Shown: piece by piece, positions 1-8,717 of the stretch
Position numbering within the stretch: the first letter of the stretch is position 1
How the letters are laid out: the number at the start of each line of letters is the position of its first letter
Source of the DNA: Antedon mediterranea
Taxonomy: Eukaryota; Animalia; Echinodermata
Reading direction: 5' to 3'
Length of the DNA: 64,000 nt
NCBI RefSeq assembly: GCF_964355755.1
Contig: NC_092672.1
Location: forward strand, 19,729,237-19,793,236
Made by a program: the position numbers and the translations under genes
The notes under the pieces: model-generated
Told to the model about the DNA's origin: nothing
Databases searched by the model: none
The model's input: only the letters and a program-made list of their open reading frames with translations

Positions 1-563
1 TTGTAATTTACAGTGTACAGTAGTATAGAAGGCTGCAATGAGCAGGTTTGAAAATAAACACTGGAATACTGGATTTGAGTGCAAACAATTTTTGTAAATG
101 TAAAAATTATACAATTGTGGGGAGGTGTTAAGATTATGGGAGGAATGTCAGAGCCTAAAATTTGGGCAGTCTCTAGGCTTTATTGTTTTTTAACCTAGTC
201 ACCATGCATACAGATTTACGAAGCCAATTATAATTTGAAAGCAAATTCTATATAATTGACCAAAAAGTATGAAATTTAAAATTGTCATAATAAACAATTT
301 TTGAATGGCAACCGATTTCTCTTTTGTTGGGGCAGCCCACTTTTATTGCACATATTATGATAAACAATATGATAAAAGTTATATCTATCTATCAATGGAT
401 ATTTATGTGATACAGTAGTACACATCCTGAGGTTATAAGAGTATAGAAAATATTGTGATATTGTGTTAAAATCTAAATATGATAAAACAATTATACAGTG
501 AAAATTTATATTACAGAGCTAAAACGATATAAAGAACATTCAGTATTATAAATTTAGATTCAA

Positions 564-587
564 TATAATAATAATAATAATAATAAT
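564..587. repeat. (TAA)n microsatellite
   Basis: About 8 ATA/TAA units; source of the poly-Tyr in spurious ORF 511..747. Confidence 0.85.
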
Positions 588-1177
588 GATAAGATGTTTT
601 GTTTAATTCTTTGATAAAATTGTATAGTTTTAAATTGATAAAGAAAGACATTTTGAACATAATGCTTTCAAGATTTACATGAATTATATGATAAAATAAC
701 AAACTAATATACATTGAAAAACTAAACCCAAACCGAAGTATGGACATACGCCCTCGTTGCTAGCCAGGTTTATTAGCTAGCACCAGTTGTGTCTCGGTCA
801 TCCCGGACACGAACTTTGAATCCTCTGAATAAAATCAGTACTAGTAAAATGTTTGGAATAATAGTGCAATTTCCGGACAGATTCCATAATTCCCAAAATT
901 TTTCAGCATTAGCCTGAACCATGTAGGTGGGCTAATTTAAATTTACCAGTAGATCATTACCAAAACTAGCCCTTGATCCCCACAATGGCTCTCTGTATTA
1001 AACTACAAAATGATATCTTAAACCAGTCCATTGACAATGAAAAGACAAATCGGATAAACTTAAAGACACTATATATAGACCTAGATTGTTTGTAAAAATA
1101 AATAATATTACTATACAGACCTATTGCGAAAAAAAAAATTGATTCTAATAATTTTAGCGGCCTGTTTTAAATCCCAA

Positions 1178-1436
1178 CATGCATCGCGTGCGGATTGATA
1201 TTTCATATTGTGAGGTGATGATTGGTCACATGCATCGCGTGCGGATTGGTATTTCATATTGTGAGGTGATGATTGGTCACATGCATCGCGTGCGGATTGA
1301 TATTTCATATTGTGAGGTGATGATTGGTCACATGCATCGCGTGCGGATTGGTATTTCATATTGTGAGGTGATGATTGGTCACATGCATCGCGTGCGGATT
1401 GATATTTCATATTGTGAGGTGATGATTGGTCACATG
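1178..1436. repeat. 51-bp minisatellite, 5 copies
   Basis: Unit catgcatcgcgtgcggattg(a/g)tatttcatattgtgaggtgatgattggtca; the A/G variant alternates A,G,A,G,A. Confidence 0.95.
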
Positions 1437-2377
1437 AAAAGGTAAACAAATAAAAGAACCATAACTTTTCAGCTAAAATACCTGGTCTTGCTTACAAAAC
1501 TAAGCTCAACTAAGCTAGATCTAGAAACATCTAGAACTTTCAAAGCTACTTAGGGAGTGCATTAATTTTCTCTTTTATCATAATTAACCATAAAATGCAC
1601 ATTTAATGTTTTTAAAGTTATATATTATTTTTACAAAACGGCAACAATTGCAGATCTAGTGTCTTTAACCAATATTAAAACTGATGTTTTAATTTCTTCA
1701 ATTAAGTCGTAGATTGTATACCTTCCAAAACTCATAAGCGTCGGACGAATCCTTTTTTGTTAGGTTGTTTTCTGACTTAGTGTATTTATTATTATCAAGC
1801 TAAGTAAGAATGCAGTGGCACACCCTCCGCATCTCATTCGTAACGATTCTTACAAAGGACAGTGCTAAACAACCGCCATACAACCACCCCTATTGTATAG
1901 CTGACAGTCAGTAAGCATAAATAAAAGTGTATATACGTAAAAAATGAAACGCCGTGCTTAACTACATATCATCATCATAGAGGATATGTATAATATAGTA
2001 CACTAACTGTGGTAACTGTGTACTGTAGTATACATTATAGCAACCTATTTTTTTTCAAGGCCATCCACCCAACTGTATCAATACCGAGGCTATTTATATA
2101 TTTAATTTTTTCAACAAATTTATGTAAATAAATATTGAGCTATAATAAGCATTACATTTTGCGCTTTTTTCGGGGCTTCCCCTAGATGTACGTTTGCAAT
2201 GAACTTGAACGCAACGCAATAAAAACTAAATACTGAGTGAATGAAATCGGCAACAAAATGTTATAGGCCTATCGTCCTGCAATTAGTCATGTGTGTTTAT
2301 TGGAGGGGAAAAGTATGATCGTTTTGCTCATTGGTAGCATGCTACTGTACATATGAGAGTGTCTTTTCCTTAAAATT

Positions 2378-2675
2378 AGAGGTGCCATTTATCATGAATT
2401 TTATGTGCGAGAGTACCATTTCCAGCCATCTTGGGCGTCATTTAACAAAGTTCGCTTTGCCATAAGTCCTGTCGATGGCCTTGGACAAGCACCTTGAAGC
2501 GCCCTGTTGTGACGCTTTTACTTTTAATTGCTTTTAATAGGCCTATGGGGAAAATGTCACCATTTAGTAGGCTAGTACCTCAACCCATCCACAACCAAGG
2601 TTGGACTGAGTTGATGTGAATCTTTACAGTTGCGCCCCCTTCCCCTCTTTCACAAAATCCTGGATCCGCCCCCTG
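2378..2675. mobile_element. Remnant of a hAT-like non-autonomous element
   Basis: Ends in cctggatccgcccccctg. Related sequence at 4275-4497, 59810-59975 (ending ctggatccgcccttg) and about 63725-63780; similar termini at 19617-19631 and 58231-58245. CAG(G/T)GGCGGATCCAG-type ends are typical of hAT MITEs. Left end and TSD not found. Confidence 0.45.
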
Positions 2676-3912
2676 GAATGCATTAATTTATTTATTAATA
2701 GTAAAAGCCAAAGTTGTTTTTTGAAATGCTTATTGTCTGATTCAGCAGCCAGTTATCTAATGTATACGTTTTAGTTTTACTTAATTGTTTACAGGTATAA
2801 TAACCATTTTGACATACTGTATATCATAGGTACATACAGCACAACTTCGTTATAGTTTGTTTGTATTAATAATTCAAATGATCATTAGCTTTGATTTTGC
2901 CTGTGAACATTCAGTTGGTTAGATTTTGTCTTGTCTCTGATCATTAACTACTAATGCCTTGTTTGATAATGGATTTATTCAATACCTAATTACATAGAGT
3001 AAGAACATTACTGTTATCATCTTTTTTTATTTTATAATTGCATTATATTTGGTTTTATAGTCCAACCTCTTTCAAGAGCGTTATTCAACTAACTAACCCT
3101 TGATCCTCACAGTGCCTCTCTGTATTAAACTACAAAATGATAAAATATCATCTCAAACCAATCTATTGAAAATGTAAAAACAAATGTGATAAACTCAACT
3201 AATGTTAAACTGAGGATGCAATTTCTTGACTTAAGTTGTAGATTATATACCTTTCAAGCCATGTATCATAATGACATGATTTTAATCAAACATTTTTATT
3301 TATTAATACTTTGTATGAACCTCATCTTATTCAGTGTTCAAGTATTTTTAATAATTCTAAGTAAAAACACATTGTATTTTCACAAGACCTTAACCAATCA
3401 TTGTTTTTACTTAAGGTACCTTGATACACTATTATTGCTTTACCTAAAATGGTAATTCATGTTGGTTTGTAGTTCTAATCAACTACAGTATATGATAAAA
3501 CAAAGACTTTACCTAAAATGGTAATTCATGTTGGTTTGTAGTTCTAATCAACTATATGATAAAACAAAGACAACACTATGGTGTAAATTTTACAGAATAT
3601 ATTGAATTGCCCTGGTTATCAGATAAAAGTGTTGGTCTTTTGTACAACAATTTGCATTCAACTATTGATAGAGAAGCATTATATATTTTAGATTTTTTTA
3701 TTTCAGCATTACTCCATAGTATGACTAGAAATATTATAATGTTATTTGATAGAGGAGGCATTGGTTGAGGAAATTGTTGATAGATGAGATATTGGATTGT
3801 ATAATTATTTACTCTATTTCAACATCATGTTCAATTCTTGTAGTGTATTTCCATTTGTCACTTTAAAAATTAGAGGGAGGGGTGCTTTTTTAGGAAAAGG
3901 GTGATTTAAAGC
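2426..3912 (+). repeat. Local segmental duplicate; empty-site paralog of the DIRS insertion locus
   Basis: Colinear by eye with 4275-4575 + 10001-10064 + 15432-16260, and with 39415-39660 + 41205-41790. Confidence 0.85.
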
Positions 3913-4276
3913 CACAACAGTCTGTAGATGATTCTAATGATATCCACCTTGTTGTCATGAGCTGTTATCATCTATTATATCTACCATTAATATTCACAAC
4001 AGTCTATAGATGATTCTAATGATATCCACCTTGTTGTGATGAGCTGTTATCATCTATTATATCTACCATTAATATTCACAACAGTCTGTAGATGATTCTA
4101 ATGATATCCACCTTGTTGTGATGAGCTGTTATCATCTATTATATCTACCATTAATATTCACAACAGTCTGTAGATGATTCTAATGATATCCACCTTGTTG
4201 TGATGAGCTGTTATCATCTATTATATCTAGCATTAATATTCACAACAGTCTATAGATGATTCTAATGATATCCACC
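3913..4276. repeat. 82-bp minisatellite, about 4.4 copies
   Basis: Unit cacaacagtctgtagatgattctaatgatatccacc...ccattaatatt starts at 3913, 3995, 4077, 4159 and 4241. Confidence 0.95.
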
Positions 4277-4575
4277 ATCTAGGGCGTCATTTAACGTTTT
4301 AAGTTCGCTTCGCCACAGGTCCTGTCGACAGCTAACTTGCGCGAAGCGCCCTGTTGTGACGGAAAATTGGGAAAATGTCACCCTTTAGTAGGCTAGTACC
4401 CCAACTCATCCCCAACCAAGGTAGGGCTGAGTTGGTGTGAACTCTTTAGAGTTGCGACCTCCCCACCCCCCTTTCACAAAATCCTCAATCCCCCCTGGAA
4501 TGCATTAATTTATTTATTAATAGTAAAAGCCCAAGTTGTTTTCGAAATGCTTATTGGCTGATTCAGCAGCTGGTT

Positions 4576-4747
4576 GTCTATATCGTGCCTAGCTTACCTG
4601 TATAAACCGACAATAGCCCGTGCTCTCCAGAGGGAGGGCTTAGATACGAAAGTGAAAAGTTCCTGGAACACCCCTGTATTATAATGGACCCGTCCGCAAC
4701 CACGCCCTCATGTGGGAACGTACCAACGTACCACCGTCATCATTTTC
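4576..4747 (+). repeat. Left ITR of DIRS element 1
   Basis: Reverse complement of 9805-9974 except for a few mismatches in the outer ~14 bp. Confidence 0.95.
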
Positions 4748-5143
4748 TTTCGTAACGTGAGAACGTTACGACGTGTGAGAAAAGATACGCTGAGTGTTAG
4801 CCTTGTGTACGTTGTACATGCTATACTAGCCTACTTACGAACACCTTATAGAACGCCGGTTGCGGTACAGCTTGTGATAGTTTGATACTGTATATCGTTT
4901 TTTGCTTTGGATCCGTTTCAAATCGGGGTCTTCCTTATTTCGGGTAGAAATAAGAAAGATTAAAACAAGGAAAATACCAGTTTTCATTGGATTTCAGGCC
5001 GCTCAACGGCCACGCTACTAAACACAAAGGAAAGGAATTTTGCTTTGTCACCTGGACTGAGGCGTGGACGCACTGTTGCGTGAGGCAACAACAAAGGTTG
5101 TATTGTTCCTTATCTTGCTAGGTTGCGTGCTGTGTCCGCCGAT

Positions 5144-6670
5144 ATGCCTAAGTCTGAATGTGTGCAATGCAGGGGCCAGCGTGCGACAGTCAAGTGGGAC
5201 CGCCACTTGCTGTGCATTCACTGCCGCACCTGTAGCCAGGAGTCGCCGTGCGACATTTGTGTACATTGGACGGCTTCGCGGTTCCGGACGTTGCCTCGTC
5301 CGTCGGGGCGTGCGCGGGTGGTAGACCCCGCACCCGCGGAGGTTCAGGTGGAGCCCCCGGCCCCGCTAGTTGAAGAGATCGAAGCGCCGGAAGTTTTGCC
5401 GGACGCGCCTGCAACGGCCGCTGCGCCTCCACCGCAGAGTGGTACGCAGGACGAGGGTTTGTCCCCAGCCGTACTGGAGGCCATCGCAGCAGCGGTGCGA
5501 GCTCTACCGAGGGAGGCTGTGCCTTCGGCATCCTCGCTTAATTATCCCCCTGTGCCAGTACTGCCTCCGCAGTACTTTCAAGGTCAAGGGACGCACCCAT
5601 CGCCGGATGCCGGTGGGTACGACAGTGATAGGACCATGACCTCGCTGCCTAGTGAGGAGCGCTCCGAGGTTGCACAGGGTGGAGACGGTTTGCAGGCTCT
5701 GGTCAATCGTGTGGTTCCTGCTGTACTTTCGTACATTGGAGTGGAGTACGCTTTTGACGCGCCGACGCCCGCGCCGGCTTCGAAGAGGTACTCTACCTTT
5801 GGAGTGCGTGCTCCATTGAAGCGGGTCACGACCTGTCCAGTTGCGCCGCTGGATCCCGAACTGGTCGCTAGGGTTGAGGCTATAGCGAAGGAGCCTAAGA
5901 CCCGTAGAGCTGCTCCTCAAGATCTAGCAGCAGCCTTCCCGCTTCCGCAGGATCAGTTTCTACGATATATATCGGCACCACCGATCCCGGATGCAGCGAA
6001 AGAACGCGCGCGCGAGGATCAAGGTCTCGACGCCAATGGCAGATTTCTGTCTCCTTCGGCCGCTAAGACTGAGGAGGCGCTAATCGCGGTCGACCGTGGC
6101 GCACGCGAGACGTTACGCACGGTCTCGATGTCGGGCTACCTTTTGTCATTCCTCGCGGATCCGGACCATCCACAGCACCTTGACGCGGACGTGATCTGCT
6201 TGCTTCAGCAGATTACGGGCCTGGTCGCGGACCAACAAGCGACTATTGCAATGACCTCGGCCGCCGCGCGGAGGGTCAATTGCCTCCAGGCCACGGACAT
6301 CGCGCCCGCGCACTACCGCCGCTTCACAACTAGCGAGGCGTTCGGTGCTGTGGATCTCTTCTACGGTAATTTCGCCGAGAAGGAAGATAAGTGGGCTCGT
6401 GAGCGAGAGGCACGTCGCGAGACAAGATCGCGTTTTCCGAAACGCCAGGCGAGCCGTTCGCACTCGCGTCCAAAGCCTCCAGCCCCACTGCCGGTGGTGC
6501 CATCGCGTACTGTCTCACAACCGCCGCCGTCGGTCCATATTCAGTCTGAGGTTGGGCAGACTCCTGGGCCGTCGCGACCCCGTAATTCCCGCCCCGCGCG
6601 TGGCGGTAAGCCGGGTAGGGGAGCACGTCGGGACCGCGGTTCGCGACGAGGTGGCCGCAGGTACCGGTGA
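5144..6670 (+). CDS. gag: DIRS Gag-like ORF1 (element 1)
   Basis: ATG at 5144 (MPKSEC..., matches MPKQEC... of element 2). N-terminal C-x2-C-x11-H-x2-C-x2-C-x2-C-x5-C-x2-C; Arg/Gly-rich C-terminus; first ORF of the element. Confidence 0.9.
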   Translation: MPKSECVQCRGQRATVKWDRHLLCIHCRTCSQESPCDICVHWTASRFRTLPRPSGRARVVDPAPAEVQVEPPAPLVEEIEAPEVLPDAPATAAAPPPQSGTQDEGLSPAVLEAIAAAVRALPREAVPSASSLNYPPVPVLPPQYFQGQGTHPSPDAGGYDSDRTMTSLPSEERSEVAQGGDGLQALVNRVVPAVLSYIGVEYAFDAPTPAPASKRYSTFGVRAPLKRVTTCPVAPLDPELVARVEAIAKEPKTRRAAPQDLAAAFPLPQDQFLRYISAPPIPDAAKERAREDQGLDANGRFLSPSAAKTEEALIAVDRGARETLRTVSMSGYLLSFLADPDHPQHLDADVICLLQQITGLVADQQATIAMTSAAARRVNCLQATDIAPAHYRRFTTSEAFGAVDLFYGNFAEKEDKWAREREARRETRSRFPKRQASRSHSRPKPPAPLPVVPSRTVSQPPPSVHIQSEVGQTPGPSRPRNSRPARGGKPGRGARRDRGSRRGGRRYR

Positions 6671-8717
6671 CGTGCAGGCGAGGTCCGTGCCGTCGGGGGC
6701 CGGACCAGTGGGAGGTCGTCTCCTACGGTTCGTCCGAGAGTGGGAGAAGCTGATGGTAGACAGCTGGATTCTCTCCACACTAAGCTACGGCTACCGCATA
6801 GAATTCACGAGCCCTCCAGTGTGTGGAGGTCCTCGTCCGACCACAATCCCCAAAGATCCAATAAAGCAACGAGCGCTTATGGACGGGATTGCCGCGCTGC
6901 TCCAAAAAGGAGCCGTAGTAAGGGTCGAAGAACATCATGCGGGCTCGGGCCACGAATCAACCGTATTCTTAACCGAGAAGTCCTCGGGGGACTGGCGACC
7001 AATTTTAAATCTAAAACGTCTGAACAAGCGATTTATTCGGCCCCGCAGGTTTCGGATGGAGACAGTCTCATCGATCCTGTTAGGGCTAAGACGAGGAGAC
7101 TGGGCCGCGTCGATAGATTTAAAGGATGCGTACTTTCACGTACCAATCGCAAAAGAAGACCAACGTTGGTTGCGGTTTCGAATCAACAATTGTCTTTACC
7201 AGTTCGTCGCGATGCCGTTCGGCCTGTCAACGGCCCCGCGCGTGTTCACGCGCATAGTTCGGGCGCTCGGTGCGTTCTTTCACAAGCACGGCATTCGCAT
7301 ATTCATGTATCTAGACGACTGGTTAATCGTGGCTCAGTCCAAGGACCGGCTGGTGAGCAGTCTCAATTTCGTCCTTCTCGTAACGGAACGCGTAGGGTTC
7401 ATTGTGAACCGGGAGAAGTCGTGCCTGGTGCCGACTCAGCATCCCATTTATCTCGGAGCGCAGATAGATCTCGTGTCGGGCAGAGTGTGCCCCTCACAAA
7501 AACGAGTAACCAAAGCCCTTGCTGCTATACAAGGCCTGATTACCGCTTCCGCTCCGACGGCATACGACTGGCTGAGAACGCTAGGTTTCCTAGCCAGCTT
7601 TGTAGATCTAGTTCCGTTTTGTCGGCTACGGATGCGGCCGCTGCAACTTCATCTGTTAGCCTTCTACCGGCCAGGTTCAGACTCATTAGACAAAGTGGTC
7701 CCGATGTCGGCGTTCATTGTAACGCACCTCCAATGGTGGCTAACGGACGGCCGATTGTTAGTGGGCAGATCAATTCAGAGATCAATTCCGGACACCCGAA
7801 TAGAAACGGACGCGTCCGAAGCGGGTTGGGGCGGTTGCTCCAACCAAAGTCACGTCTCCGGCGTTTGGAGTGCCGAGGAGGCGTTAGCCCACATCAATCT
7901 CTTAGAACTTTGGGCAGTAGACCGAACGTTGAAAGCGCTACTTCCAAACATAGGAAATTCACACGTCCATGTCTGCTCGGACAACACAACCGTGGTCGCG
8001 TACATCAACCGACAAGGAGGCACGAAGTCTCCGACTCTTTGCTACCACACATGGACGCTCATACACTGGTGCATCGCGCACAGAATAACGCTGACTGCAT
8101 CGCATATTCCGGGCAGCCACAACGTAGTCGCGGACACGCTGTCCCGACTCGCTTTACGCCCGACCGAATGGCGTCTGTTGCCGAGCATAGCCACCCAAGT
8201 ATTCGACCACTTCGGACGGCCGCACATAGACCTGTTTGCGACGTCAGAGAACACGCAGCTCCCGACGTTCTGCAGTCGATTCCGGGATGCACGTGCGTGG
8301 GCGGTGGATGCCCTGTCCATGTCATGGGACGGTTTATGGGCGTACGCGTTCCCGCCAATATCGATCATACCAATAGTTCTGACTCACATTCAGCGCTTCC
8401 GATGCCGAGTTCTGTTGATCGCACCGTTCTGGCCTCGACAAGCGTGGTATCCGCTTCTTGCCAGTCTTCTTTACGATCACCCGCTGCGTCTTCCGGTCCG
8501 CGCGGATCTACTGACGCAAAATCGTGCGAGGTTCTCGACGATCAATCTACAATCCCTGAACCTGACTGTTTGGCCATTGTCAGGGATCAGCTCAGAGACT
8601 CGGGCATTCCGGACGGCCCAGCCGCCCTGGCGGCCAAATCTAGAAGAGAGTCGACTCTCACTGTCTACAACAGCCGTCTACGACACTTCTTTCGCTGGTG
8701 CAGACAAGATAACATAG
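6345..8717 (+). CDS. pol: DIRS Pol: reverse transcriptase - RNase H - adenine methyltransferase-like (element 1)
   Basis: RT motifs IDLKDAYFHVPI, PFGLSTAPRVFT, YLDD. RNase H residues in ETDAS, LLELWAV, SDNTT, ADTLSR. MT-like IDLFA, VDAL..W, YAFPP. Conserved part starts at VGGRL (GTG 6708); true start unknown. Confidence 0.95.
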   Translation: MLWISSTVISPRRKISGLVSERHVARQDRVFRNARRAVRTRVQSLQPHCRWCHRVLSHNRRRRSIFSLRLGRLLGRRDPVIPAPRVAVSRVGEHVGTAVRDEVAAGTGDVQARSVPSGAGPVGGRLLRFVREWEKLMVDSWILSTLSYGYRIEFTSPPVCGGPRPTTIPKDPIKQRALMDGIAALLQKGAVVRVEEHHAGSGHESTVFLTEKSSGDWRPILNLKRLNKRFIRPRRFRMETVSSILLGLRRGDWAASIDLKDAYFHVPIAKEDQRWLRFRINNCLYQFVAMPFGLSTAPRVFTRIVRALGAFFHKHGIRIFMYLDDWLIVAQSKDRLVSSLNFVLLVTERVGFIVNREKSCLVPTQHPIYLGAQIDLVSGRVCPSQKRVTKALAAIQGLITASAPTAYDWLRTLGFLASFVDLVPFCRLRMRPLQLHLLAFYRPGSDSLDKVVPMSAFIVTHLQWWLTDGRLLVGRSIQRSIPDTRIETDASEAGWGGCSNQSHVSGVWSAEEALAHINLLELWAVDRTLKALLPNIGNSHVHVCSDNTTVVAYINRQGGTKSPTLCYHTWTLIHWCIAHRITLTASHIPGSHNVVADTLSRLALRPTEWRLLPSIATQVFDHFGRPHIDLFATSENTQLPTFCSRFRDARAWAVDALSMSWDGLWAYAFPPISIIPIVLTHIQRFRCRVLLIAPFWPRQAWYPLLASLLYDHPLRLPVRADLLTQNRARFSTINLQSLNLTVWPLSGISSETRAFRTAQPPWRPNLEESRLSLSTTAVYDTSFAGADKIT

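Noticed and set aside
1111-1449. Repetitive ORFs on both strands; CRISPR-like appearance
   Set aside because: Produced by a 51-bp unit divisible by 3. Units are contiguous with no unique spacers, and there are no cas genes.
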